Below are positions 35,415 to 56,753 of a stretch of 64,000 bases of DNA, piece by piece (position 1 is the stretch's first letter; each line of letters starts with the position of its first letter). A model generated the notes under the pieces. It saw only the letters and a list, made by a program, of their open reading frames with translations. It was not told the DNA's origin and made no database searches. This stretch comes from Hormiphora californensis (lineage: Eukaryota; Animalia; Ctenophora): NCBI GenBank assembly GCA_020137815.1, contig CM035354.1:5828001-5892000 (forward strand), given 5' to 3'. Both the position numbers and the translations under genes were made by a program.

Positions 35415-38400
35415 ATGACTGCAGATAAGGTAACACGGCGCTTAGCGCCCCGGTTATACCCAACAGGTAATGTTACTATAATAGTTATCTTTTTGTTAAC
35501 TTTTCAGGTGACTGTTTGTAAATATTAAACCATTGAACTAACCATTGAGCGTATGTATTGTGAACAAATCATTGGTTTACTACACTATCTGAACAATGTT
35601 TAATCCAGTATCTAACACGGGCCCTCCCCCTGGCTAGGTAGAGGACGAATCAGGAGGAGAGAAACCCAGGGCACGATGGGGGAGCCACGTTGAGTTCTTG
35701 CTGGCAGGAATTGGATTGGCGGTCGGAACTGGAAATGTATGGAGGTTAGTGATACACGCGTCATCTGTCTGGCGGCGCCAGACCCCGATTTGATTCTCAA
35801 ATGGTCTGCGGCGCCAGACAGCACGTCATTGTATTGTGCAATCAATTACTTTATAATTTGGGGGGGGGGGGGGGTTGTCGGTGGTCTCAGTACACGAAAG
35901 TCTGTTGTAAGAGCCGAGACACACCTTATGCAAGACACACCTAATTCGTTGATTATGTTAAACCTAACTTATCAAATAAAGGCATAGTAGATAAAGTAGG
36001 TTTTAACATTTTAACAGTGCACTTGGCAACCCACCATCCGGAAAACATTCAAATACAAGCCTTGGGTGGTGCTAGGGACCCTGCATAGTATGGTGGTGCT
36101 AGGGACCCTGCGTAGTAGGGTGGTGCTTTCCTCGGGCACGGGAGTCAAATTAGTCAAGGTGGTGATTCCCCCTCCCCAGGTTTCCCTATTTGGCTCAGAA
36201 GAATGGAGGAGGGGCCTTCCTGATTCCATACTTTGTCATGTTGCTAGTGGAAGGGCTACCCCTGTTCTTCCTGGAACTGGCTTTAGGGCAGAGGTTCCAG
36301 AAGGGATCCATCGCTGTGTGGAAACAAATCCGACCTTATCTAAAGGTTAGTGAAAATATACCGGTATTTCAGTTTTAGATCACGATTGATCTATCACTTC
36401 ACCATTCACAAATGTATGAACTAGCTCCATAAACTATTCAATAAAATCAATATGAACTAACAATATGAATATGGGATGAAAATGACTCTTTATAACCATC
36501 ATCATCTCTTCCTTCAGGGTATTGGTATTGCCCAGGTGATAGTATCATTCAACATGGTCGTCTACTACCCAATTGTAATGACGTGGTGTGGATACTACTT
36601 CTACCTATCATTCATGTGCGTATAATCATGGGAGATATTATTACGGATTTTAGTAGCTGTTATTATGGAATTGAAGTGATCATATTATACATAACAAGAT
36701 CATATCAGTTCTTTAATCAAGTCCAGACTAATTGACTCATTTATTTTAACTACAATAATTCCCAGGAACCCCCTGCCCTGGACGAAGTGTGACAACACCA
36801 CAGTGGACTATGAGTGTTGCCACAATGATAGTTCTAAGTACTACTGGTATGTGTCCGCCCTCCAAGCAACCACCTCTATCTCTGAACCTGGTGGTTTTGT
36901 ACCCGGGGTCATCATCAGTTGGACTGTTGGATGGGTCATCACATACGCCTGTCTGTTCAAGGTAAACACATACCATCCCAGCTCATATTGTGTGATTCCA
37001 AACTTCACTGTATACTGAGCTCAGCTGAGTCTGGTTGGTGACGTACGTGGGGTGATTTAGGTTACAGACGGGTAGCAATCTTGATTTATAGGATAACATT
37101 GGAACAGTGACCTACCCAAAAGAAGTTGCACAACAGCTTTATTAAATTACATTTATCCGGTTATTTATCATATTAAATTAAGGTGATATTTAGTTGAATT
37201 CGTAATATCATAGAAGTTCTTTAGTTTATTCAAATCCACACTTCTCCAGGGACCTGAATCAACAGGAAAAGCAGCCTACTTTACCGCCACGTTTCCTTAT
37301 GTTGTCCTCATATGTCTTTTCTTCAGAGGTAAAACTTATGAGTGTTATATGTGGCCCCTAACTCTTTGAAATTATGATTTAAATACTAAGTAGGATTCGG
37401 GATGTAAGAATGGTTCGGGATGTTATAACACAAAACCCCTTAACTTCCTCCTAGGTGTTACCCTTCCTGGAGCTGGACGAGGTTTGGCTGTGTTCTTTAC
37501 CCCTGATTTCGCTAAGCTAGTAGACCCCAATGTGTGGGTAGATGCTGCAGGACAGATATTCTTCAGGTTAGTGTTTAGAACAGCACTACCGTGTGGGGCA
37601 ATAAAAATGCCCCCCCCCCCCCCAAGTCTACCATAGTTCCAGATATCGTGGAGCGCTAAAATTTGGCACAGTAACTCTATGAGACAAATAAATAACTTGG
37701 CCAAAATTTCAGACCTCTAGCTCAAAATTCATTTTTTTGATCGGAATGAACATTGTCATTCATTCCAAGAAAAATATATTTTCGGTCCAGAATTTAAGCA
37801 ATTATCTTTGGCTATCGATTAGCTTTCCAATGTGACAAAGATCATCTAAATTGGGCAACCACAAGAGACACAGTGTCATGTTTCTTAAAGTTAGTCAGGT
37901 CATGTGATCCTCACCGAATCTTTGATTATCCGGGATTGCTAATCGAGCCAAGGGGCAGAGGAATCTCGTATCAAGGCCGCTAATGAGGTATGTGTACCAA
38001 TACAGGGTAATGTGATTCGAGGAAAGAGGACATTTATCAAAGAGCTACAGATCTCATGACCAATCAGCATCGTCATCCCTCATTAGTAGCCGTGATACGT
38101 GATTCTCTACCACTTAGACCGATTCGTAATACTGAACACTCAACGATTCGGTGAGGATCACATGACCTGACTAACTTTAAGAAACATGGCACTGTGTCTC
38201 TTATGGTTGTCCAATTAAGCTGATTTTGGTCACATTTGACAGCTAATCGATAGCCAAAGATAATTGCTTGAATTCTGCACTGGACCGAAAATATATTTTT
38301 CTTGGAATGAATGGCAATGTTCATTCCTATCAAAAAAATGAATTTTGAGCTAGAGGTCTGAAATTTTGGCCAAGTTATTTATTTGTCTCATAGAGTTACT

Positions 38401-40307
38401 GTACCAAATTTTAGCGCTCCAAGATTTCTGGAACTATGGTAGACTTGGGGGGGGGGGGCATTTTTATTGCCCCACACGGTATATTTGGTGTAGAACTGTT
38501 ACCCAGGCTTACAGCAGTGCTATTGAATAGTGGGACAGGACTAGATATATGAACAGCAGGGAATGATATGATGAACTAATTATAACGTTATTTATCATTT
38601 CAGTCTGAGTGTAGGATTTGGTTCCCTCATTTGTTTTGCTTCGTACAATCCGATCAAGAACAACTGTGTAAAAGATGCCTCCTTTATCTCTATAATCAAC
38701 TGTGGAACCTCTGTCTTCTCTGGAGTTGTTGTCTACTCAATTCTGGGGTATAGAGAGGTAAGAAACCCCCCGAATATTTGTGCAGTAAATGAGCTTCTCA
38801 CTTCACACAGATAGCTGAAAAAACAACTCCCTAACCTTATTCATACTGTTTCACAAAGCCTATATAAACCCTCTCCAAAAGGCAAAAAATTTTCTGCAAG
38901 AACAGTCTACATTCCTAACCCCCCGGCCCCTTCCCCCTCAAAGTACCCATATTAAACCCTTCTTCCTCACCACACAGACACAGACGGATATCAGAGTTGA
39001 GGATGTTGACAAGGGTCCAGGGTTGGCCTTCATTGCCTACACAACAGCAGTAGCAGAGATGCCCCTGTCACAACTGTGGTCTGCTGCCTTCTTCATTATG
39101 ATGATGATGCTGGCACTGAACTCAGAATTTGGAAGTATCGAGGCGTGTGTTACACCTCTGAAGGATCAGAAGGCTTTGAAAGGTGTAAAACGAGAGGTGA
39201 GACATGGCAATTGGCAGATTATATTGAAAAGACTAAATTTTTGAAACATGTTTTTTCCATTTCCTCTAGATTTCTAACGATCCCTCTCCCTAGATCCTGT
39301 GTTTGATCTTGTGTTGCATCATGTACATTGTAGGACTACCAATGTGCATGCAGAATGGGCTATACGTCTTCACACTGTGGGATAACTATGCAGTTACCAT
39401 TCCGTTACTCTTTGTGGGTGAGTGAAACACATACCATATATGGGCATCACGTGACCAGTACCATATATGGGCATCACGTGACCAGTACCATATATGGGCA
39501 TCACGTGACCAGTACCATATATGGGCATCACGTGACCAGTACCATATATGGGCACCACGTGACCGGTACCATATCATATGCATGACACCGTCTATACAGT
39601 TACCATTCTATTACATCATGAACCATTTCTGAACTAGTCAACGTTGGGTAACAACTGCTTACAATTTACATCTAATCCCACCAACAGGAGCCTGTGAGTG
39701 TTTGGCAGTGTCGTGGTTGTATGGTTTGGAACGGTTTAATAAGGAGGTCGAGTTCATGTCGGGTTCCTATCCTAACATCTACTGGAGGTTCTGCTGGAAG
39801 TGGCTCTCACCAATACTTATTGTGAGTACAAGGACTCCGATGAACTTGAAAACTACAACAATTGTGTAATCTCTGAGATAGTTAATCCTAATCAATTTTA
39901 CCCTGCAGATTGTTGTGTTAATGTCAAGTTGTATCAAGAAAATGATAGTCCCCGAAACCGTACTGAGTCCTTATGTGGGTTGTGTGCAGCACCCTCTGAA
40001 CCCTGAGATAGCGGCCGGAACTGAGACCTGGCTCCGGGATATTGCTTTCCCCTGGTGGGGTCAAATGCTTGCTGCTATTCTGGTGTGTGCCCCGATCATA
40101 TGGATACCAATCTGCTGTTTCTTGGGACGCAATGCCCCCGTGCCTGATATTCCCATACTGGAGGGGATGGAAGATGAGGGTTACGTTATTGAGAACCATG
40201 TCTTTGATTGGAGGACAGAAGTTCAGGAAATCAAGACTGCCCTGAGAATCGGACAAAAGGGACAAGAAGAAGGGACTGATGATAAGAATGAAGTGACTGC
40301 CGTGTAA
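35415..40307 (+). CDS. SLC6/NSS Na-dependent amino-acid/neurotransmitter transporter, multi-exon
   Basis: [93 protein letters not shown]. Confidence 0.96.
37589..38479. mobile_element. ~890-bp fold-back element with TA TSD (Tc1/mariner-type) in an SLC6 intron
   Basis: TA|CCGTGTGGGGCAATAAAAATGCCCC ... GGGGCATTTTTATTGCCCCACACGG|TA; imperfect arms of ~400 bp. Confidence 0.92.
39433..39572. repeat. 27-bp tandem repeat, ~5 copies, intronic
   Basis: accatatatgggcatcacgtgaccagt repeated. Confidence 0.95.
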
Positions 40308-41578
40308 CTTTATGTGTCATTGAAGTTCTCTAGGCTTCAAAAATGCATATATTTTAACTGGGTAGGCATTGCAAGTGGGATTATTATTCGATCATTCATC
40401 CCATTGCGTCGATAGATGGTCACATATATCGGTAATCTTGAGATCACGTATCACAGAAGAAATCTCACTTATTACTGGCGATCTTACACCTCTCGAGTAT
40501 ATTATATCAAGTACATATTGAGGTGATGAAGAAAGATGTTTGTTGAAATCGAATGGTTTGAAACCGATTTTTAAAAGCAGCTGAATGAGTTTCATTTTGA
40601 TATCTTGACTATAAATTTTATGGCACTACTATTTCCAATTTCAAGCACAATTCACAGCCTTAAACCCGGGGTTGGGGCTCCAGAAATGGCAAACGTTCGT
40701 TTTTTTCCCTCTAAAATCGAAACTTTTGAATTTTTTCTGGACAGAAAATAAAATTCTGAGCTGAGTTTTGAATTTTCCAGGATTACGCGACGCGCATTGG
40801 CACGCGCAAATTAGATCACGCGCACCATAAAACCAAATTTGCGTTTGAATGAGTGATTTGATTCAGCACAGATTTTGGACGTCTTCGAGTTGTCGTACCG
40901 GTCGTTTTTTCGAACAAAACAAAACTCGTGACTTTTTACAAGTAGTCGAAGACGTAACAAAACATTTTTAGGATCAAAAATGTCCCATAATATCACGATC
41001 TATCCCACTAATGTATCGCACGTACATGGTTATAACTCTATTTTGTGGGCAAAACAAATTGAGGTAGAGGGAGATATAATAAGATCCAAGATAATCAGAC
41101 ATTTAACACCACAGAAGAGTGTTATTGTAGTAAATAAATCTCTTGTCTAAGCCATAGCTCTCAATTTTAAGAGAAAGATAATGTTGTACCCTAGAATCGT
41201 TCTCAGATTCTCAACGATATTGAGAATCCTGAAACAACAGTTTTTTGTTTTCATATATTGCTAAAACGAATCTTGTACTTTTTACTTCAACGAAGCTTAC
41301 ATGAACGTGTTTCTAAACGTTCAGCAAATAATTCAGGGCTAGATAATCCCTCGATAACCAAAGTAAACAACTGGGCTAGAGAATCAGTTCTAACGTTCTA
41401 ATGTACGTGTTACGTCCTATCTAGCAATAATACGTACCCCACATCAAGAAACACACACGACACACGACACGAAGCAAAAATAATTACAAATCACACTCTC
41501 CCTCTCTCTCGAATTGAAGATATCTATCTCGCATGTCACCATTTTCAGGAGATACATCCAATTCTAGGACAACAAGAG

Positions 41579-50434
<8,856 letters not shown>

Positions 50435-50639
50435 GGCCAACACTACTAATAACACAAAGGGGAGTTAGTAACAATTGGATAATATTCGCTCATGTAAAGT
50501 GTAAACACAGTTAATTGGTTGTACCATGTATCAGGAGTCAGAAAATAAATTAATTGAGAGGAAGTGAAACACACCTATCACCAGATAATAGTCCATCATG
50601 AATCATCATCATATTGTGCGTGTAATGAAAGAAAGTTAA

Positions 50640-52015
50640 AGGGATACTGACATATTCAAAAATTTTTGACTTTTTCAACGATCCTGGGTGTGGTAACTGG
50701 TTGGGAGATAAAAATAGGATGAGTCGAAGTGCGAACTCTCTACTCCCTCTCGTTCTCAAGATATAGGGCCCCACCTTTTAGCACTTGGTAATTGGTTATG
50801 GTATAGGGGGAGAGTTTTATTGCAAATTACATGTAAACACGAGTCTGTTTATCTGTCAATATCTCAACTTTCACATGCACGATTTTGACCGGATTTTTTT
50901 CTGGAAGTTAGAAATGTTTTAAATTTTTAGTATTTTCTTATGATCTGTATCAGAATGACCAAAAAAATCAGTAGATAAACAAGTAAACAGTGCAGTTTGA
51001 GGTAAACTGGAGTAAGGTCAATTAGACCCAATTATGGGTAATTAGGGCACTTTGCCGACCTCTGAGGACTTGGAAAAGTTGCTCACGTGATTCAGTGTAT
51101 CAAAATTAGTGTGTAAAGTGCCCCACATGCGATCTTTCAGCATTTCCAGTTGAAAAATGCAATTATCGCCAATTAGACTAAATTATGCTCAATTAGGACA
51201 CTTTCTTCACCTCTGACGGCTTGGAAAAGCCGCTTACGTGATTCAGCGTATCAAAATTAGTGGTGATAGTGCTCTCACATGAATTGATAACGTTTTCATG
51301 CGATAAGTTACAGTTACGATCAATTAGACCCGATTATGTTCAATTAGGTCATTTTCTCCACCCCTGGGCGCTTGCCAAAGTTGCTCACGTGATTCAACGT
51401 ATCAAAATTAGTCGGGTTTAGTGGTTTTGCCTTTTATACCAATTATTTGGCTAAATTTTTCAGTTTATACTCTCCTAGGATACAATATTCATTTCAGGGC
51501 TGAATAGTTGATAACTATTGACTATGTTATTGACTATGGGCTAAATACTAACAATTTGTATGTAAAATTGAGGAAGTACAGCCAAGTCTGATTGACATTA
51601 GTTACTGTATACCATGATAATATTGTTCTAAGAAGGCATACATTTCTAAAAAATCACCGTCTTGCTTAGTTATAGTTCTATCTATTCATGACAAGTCTAG
51701 AGACAAATGGAAACCAAAAACAGAAACTAGAAGTGGTCTTAAAGGTTTTAGAAAAAACCCGGTCAAAATCGCATGTGTATTAGCTGAGATAATGACATAT
51801 AAACAGGCTCGTGTTTACCTGTAATCTGTAATGCTGGTCTCCTCCTCTTACCATAACCAATTAGTGGGTGTTAATATTTGGGACCCTATATCTTGAGAAG
51901 TAGAGGGAGTAGAGAGCTCGGACTTCGACACAATGTATTTATTCTCTCAGATGATGTGATTGGGCAATGTTTTACTAAAATTTGAGATGGTCGATTTGAA
52001 TATGTCAGTATCCCT
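50640..52015. mobile_element. 1.38-kb non-autonomous TIR element, TTAA TSD (Kolobok-like), with three internal tandem units
   Basis: TTAA|AGGGATACTGACATATTCAAA ... TTTGAATATGTCAGTATCCCT|TTAA; degenerate subterminal inverted repeats; caattagac...cacgtgattca...tatcaaaattagt three times at ~51020-51415. Confidence 0.9.
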
Positions 52016-52093
52016 TTAAAACAATATCAACTACGTAGTGTCTCTGTGGGACAGTTAAAACTGAGATCGTGCTCACCACTAGTTAAAACACAG

Positions 52094-53002
52094 TCACTGT
52101 ACTGAGACAGTATCAACTTTTGTTTTGTGAACTTGAAAGGCGGGCGTTACCCAACTTCCACAGCTGCACTGGGATGCAGACCAGTTATAAGTCCCGATTT
52201 TAGCGGCACATTTAAAACACGTTAGTTTACCCGATACCCCAGCTCCCTCCTTGGGCAGCCATTCCAAATCTGAATCAAGAAAGTAGGAAGTGCAAGTTTT
52301 AACACCGATACGCAGCCCTTTATGACGGTATACAGCTGCCCCTGATTCGATCTTCTGGTGGGACTCAAGATTAGAGGATGTAAAAAGAACTTTCCGACAT
52401 TTTCGACACTTCATTTGGGTGCCGTTAGCCGCATTTTCTTTGACGGCTGAGTATCTGTTTTTTAGTTTCTGTTGTAGTTCAGCCTCGTTCAGTTTACATC
52501 TCTCTGAATCCGCCTGGTTCCTCTCCTCAATCAACTTCCTATGAAACTCGGCTGTTGGTGAATACTGTGAGAAGTCATGTTTCCCGTTCAGAATCTCTGT
52601 TTCAAAGGTCACAAGTTGGGCCATGAACCCCTCATTGGGGTGTGCCCAAGGTCGCGTTTCTCTGACCACTTGAAGTGCCCTTTTACAGTCAAATCCTAGG
52701 ACAGCTATCATGTAGGAGAGAATGGAAGTTACGCTGCGAGACATGCCAACTTGGCAGTGAACTAGCACATTACCAGAAGCCAGTGATGCAGAGATAAAAT
52801 CAACACACTCCGGAAAATGGGATTTGAGATCTTGTTGGGCCATGTCGAAAGCTTTGATGAACTTGTATGAAACCCCTTCTACTTTTTCCTCAATATCACC
52901 ATCCATTACGGTTAGGACTGACTTTATATCGTGTTCTGAGAGACACTCAGCTTTAGTACTTGCTACTCCGCCCACAAATATTCGAGGCAAAACCTCATCC
53001 AT
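52094..53002 (-). CDS. DUSP12: Dual-specificity phosphatase 12 (YVH1), intronless
   Basis: VHCQVGMSRS catalytic loop, PNEGFMAQL, and C-terminal zinc domain CRKCR..H..C..GKLTCFKC..QCSCGSWVTPAFQ. Confidence 0.96.
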   Translation of the reverse strand: MDEVLPRIFVGGVASTKAECLSEHDIKSVLTVMDGDIEEKVEGVSYKFIKAFDMAQQDLKSHFPECVDFISASLASGNVLVHCQVGMSRSVTSILSYMIAVLGFDCKRALQVVRETRPWAHPNEGFMAQLVTFETEILNGKHDFSQYSPTAEFHRKLIEERNQADSERCKLNEAELQQKLKNRYSAVKENAANGTQMKCRKCRKVLFTSSNLESHQKIESGAAVYRHKGLRIGVKTCTSYFLDSDLEWLPKEGAGVSGKLTCFKCAAKIGTYNWSASQCSCGSWVTPAFQVHKTKVDTVSVQ

Positions 53003-53962
53003 ACTACCTAAAAAGTCAGGAAAATGGAGTCGTTTAATTAAACTTTAAAAGTATTAATATGACACATTTTAAGAGGAAATGGTCGTTGAAGCAAGGGCAC
53101 AAGTGGGCCACGGACGCCCAGCCGCTGGGCCCCGCGGTACATTTTTCTAATTCTATGACAATTTAGGCTACTTTTAGTCAGTATCAAGTGGTAAAGCTGA
53201 ACACAAGGATCAAGTTAAAGGGTTCAGACTCCAGGAAACATACGGGATTGATGGACCAAACCCTTGCACGAAAAAAAGACCGAAAACGGAAAACGAAGAG
53301 AAATTTCTGGGAAAAAAAAACTTCAAAACGCGGAAAAATTTTTTACTTTAAATACCGCGCGGCGCAGCTAATGCGTCGCAGTAATAAAATAGTTTGCGCG
53401 TTACGTCAAAATGCCACGCCGTAAAGAAGCTCATTTTAAAATATTTGGAACTGTTTCGATGTTTTGACTTTTGAGTTTCAAATTTAAAATCTCTGAAAAA
53501 ACTTTGGCATGCGCTGCAGACCCCAAGTGCGCGCGTTTTCCACGGCTTCTGTAGCATAGGCCAAGAAAAAACTTGAAAAGCGCTGCCTTATCCCGCGCTG
53601 CGCGTGGCGCAGAACAGCCAGCAACTAAACGTTTGCCAATGAAAAAACTGGTGTTTTCTTCTCCGGGCTCCGGCAAGTGTATGCCTCATAAACAGTATTT
53701 CTTTGCTTTTACTTACCACTTGTTGTTTCGCTCCATTTAAATTTCCCACGTCCACTGCCCTAATTCACGAAAAACGATAAAATCACTTCGCGATCGCCCT
53801 TGCTAGCCTGACACCCGTCACCCGGCTCATGTATTTGTCTGTATGTAACGTTCTATGGGAAGTTCCCCTTTCGGACTGGTTTGCTGATGCTTTTTAGTTT
53901 TTAGAGATAATCAAAATATCTTTATTTTGTAGGATGAAGCGTACGAAAGACGAGACGTAGCA

Positions 53963-56386
53963 ATGTTGGTTGGGAAACGGAAGGGAAATGAAGGATACAA
54001 TTTTCCCACCTTCAGCATCTTCTCTCCGGAACCCCTGGAAAAATTAGATGAGGGTGATGAAAATGAGAAGGTTGAGAACTTCGAACGACCACCTTCACCA
54101 CTTCATGAGGTGATCCAGAAACCAATCAGATGTTATGACGACTTTCTAGCCATCCTCCAGGAACGTATCAAACCGAACCCGGTAAACAAAAAACTGACTA
54201 TTGAACAGCAGGAGGGTCTTATTTCCATCATATTCTCTGAAACCTTTACCAAATGGCACGACATCTTCGAGACAATCAACGATCCTCATCTTACTCCAAC
54301 ACAAAACAAGAAAATCCATGTTCAACTGTTCATCAAAGTTGTTGAGATTTGTCAGGAACTGTTTGAGAAGTATCTAGAGAAGATCGATGCGCTCAACACG
54401 AAGGGAGTGTTTTGTCGTGATGCCAATATCTCACGGGTAAAGGGGGCATTGATTGCTGAGGCAAGTAAATCTCTACACATCCATCGATTGCGTCAGTCCA
54501 TTCTACGAGAATATAAAAAGAAGGCCTGTCCTGTTCCGTCAACTGGTAAATCTACACGGAGTGAGGCGGAGGATTTAGTATCAGTGTTGGAAGGGATTGT
54601 GCCCCGAACCCCGGCTGTAGTTCCGGTCACAGCCCAGACTAGTGAGACAGGTTCACAGATCCACATTGAGAGACCTATCCGGGAGATAAGCATTCTAGAA
54701 CCAGTCCCTGAACCACCCAAAACTCCCCCTCCTGCTGTAGCACGGTGTACTGACTTGGAGTTCTTGCTATCTGAGAACCGGTGCACCAAACGACCTGTGT
54801 TGGAGGACGACGAGGAGCTACCTCCAGTTCTTCAGGCATCAACTAAATCTCGGCCCAAACCCAGAGCAGCGGAGCGGGCCCGGGTCGAGAGGGCTATGTC
54901 AGAGAGCAGCACGGCCTCTACTTGTGGTGAGCTGCCCGTACAGCCTGGGATAACAACCACGGTAATGCCCAATAGGACCATCGTTAAGAGGTCAGATATC
55001 AGGGTGTCAGATCGCATACCCCAATCGGAAATGATACTGGAGCTCTCACCCTGTCTTTACAATGAACTGAATAATGAGATTAACGAAAGTGATATCGCAT
55101 TCTTGGATCGGAATCTGTTCATGGGTCAGGAAATTAGAGAGGTCTACTCTGAAATTTATCGGACTGTAGAGCACAACCATCTTGCATTTTCAAGCGCCAT
55201 GGAGGCCCCATGTCCTTCACTTCACTCGGGCGAATCATTCTACAACTCAGGCCTGCTGAGGAAGCGAAACCTGAAAAACAGGCGGATTAACGAACAGATA
55301 AAGCTCCAGGATATCCCTCCTTGGGAGGGGTCCACCAGGGAGGAATGGGAGGCTGCCCTAAACTTCCAGGGTAGCTCATCCAACATGGCCAGCGAAGAGG
55401 TCTTCCCCTCACAGCTCATCAAAGTTCCCGTCTTCTCAGATTGGGACAATAACAACTTTAAGGATGCCTCTAAAACGGGCAGCAGGGAGGGTAAGAGTTA
55501 CACAAACTGGTTACAATGGTGGAAAAGCATCATGTCAGGGGAGGATTACCTCAAATATCTCTCTCTCCGGGAGACTGATTTCCTGGCTCTTGTGTTCCAT
55601 CTTTATGACTCTGATGATGAGAGTGGGAGTGAGGACGAGAAGGATGCACATTTGGAACTCGCCCAACAACAGGAACGAGAGAGAAGGGAGCAGGTGCTGA
55701 GTGAGATGCGAGCACAGAAGGAGCTCTTCCAACAGGGCTATTGGAATGCTAATTCCATCCTAATGGGTGGATTGGGACGTGATCCAGAGGTAGATGGAGG
55801 GGGAGATGGGGAGACTGATGATGGTGTTACTATAACAACCGCAGCTACTGATACTGAGACACACAACCACCACCTGCCCCAGGATCCATCACTCCAGGAT
55901 AGGTTGGATAGTGTGTGGTTGCAACTAGAGATGCCAGATCAGGTCAGGATTGAGATGGCTATCAAGTATTGTAATCAAGAGCCCGCTCAATTGAAACGCA
56001 CAACTGAGCTGTGGGAGGGAGTTTGTGGGGCGATAGTGGCCCGAGAGAGGCACATTTTGGAGCTGGAGATCTTTGAGAGGGAGAGTTCAGATCCGAAGAG
56101 GTTGTTCGAGAGACAGGCGGGGAGGTTGAGGGAAGAAAAACAGAGGTCAGTGTTGCATAGGAGGATCAAGAAAGTTGACAAGGTGGTGCATTCTCACATC
56201 CAGAAAGTGAAGGACAAACTGGGTGACACAGTGACTTATCAGGGAAGGGAATATAGAGACAAAATGTCCCGTGATATGACCGAGATGCTGTATTGGCTTC
56301 AGCAGGAGAGGCGCCAGACCGCTCTAGAAAGAGGAGGTATGGTGATGATCGATCTTCCGCCGATTGATCCGAGTAGTATTGTTTGA
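53963..56386 (+). CDS. CCDC87: CCDC87-like coiled-coil protein, intronless
   Basis: C-terminal LQDRLDSVWLQLEMP..MAIKY..FERESSDPKRLF..GDTVTYQGREYRDKM..EMLYWLQQERR, plus WWKS..DYLKYL..DFL block. Confidence 0.8.
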   Translation: MLVGKRKGNEGYNFPTFSIFSPEPLEKLDEGDENEKVENFERPPSPLHEVIQKPIRCYDDFLAILQERIKPNPVNKKLTIEQQEGLISIIFSETFTKWHDIFETINDPHLTPTQNKKIHVQLFIKVVEICQELFEKYLEKIDALNTKGVFCRDANISRVKGALIAEASKSLHIHRLRQSILREYKKKACPVPSTGKSTRSEAEDLVSVLEGIVPRTPAVVPVTAQTSETGSQIHIERPIREISILEPVPEPPKTPPPAVARCTDLEFLLSENRCTKRPVLEDDEELPPVLQASTKSRPKPRAAERARVERAMSESSTASTCGELPVQPGITTTVMPNRTIVKRSDIRVSDRIPQSEMILELSPCLYNELNNEINESDIAFLDRNLFMGQEIREVYSEIYRTVEHNHLAFSSAMEAPCPSLHSGESFYNSGLLRKRNLKNRRINEQIKLQDIPPWEGSTREEWEAALNFQGSSSNMASEEVFPSQLIKVPVFSDWDNNNFKDASKTGSREGKSYTNWLQWWKSIMSGEDYLKYLSLRETDFLALVFHLYDSDDESGSEDEKDAHLELAQQQERERREQVLSEMRAQKELFQQGYWNANSILMGGLGRDPEVDGGGDGETDDGVTITTAATDTETHNHHLPQDPSLQDRLDSVWLQLEMPDQVRIEMAIKYCNQEPAQLKRTTELWEGVCGAIVARERHILELEIFERESSDPKRLFERQAGRLREEKQRSVLHRRIKKVDKVVHSHIQKVKDKLGDTVTYQGREYRDKMSRDMTEMLYWLQQERRQTALERGGMVMIDLPPIDPSSIV

Positions 56387-56753
56387 TTTTAACATCAGAG
56401 TGATTTGTAGTGTTGTTAGTTAATAAAACATTTCAATAATTTAATGTTTTTGAACTTTTATTTTCAAACTTCAATCTTACACACACTCTGGCCCAGTCTC
56501 TGTCGCACACCTCAACTCGCTTCACAGTAACGCGCAGTGCAAGACAGCTGTGAGAGTGCGCGTTGTCAGCAGCCGTGTTGCTATAGCAACTGGTCAAAAT
56601 GTGTACCCGCTAATCCATGCAGGCTTTCACGATCTCCATCTCATTGACACACTCAAGCTGATACATATAGTGCATACGTCATTCATCATCAGAATTCAGA
56701 CATGCAATCGATCCACGCTTTCAGTGAAAGTGTCCTTAGATGTTCATTGAAGT

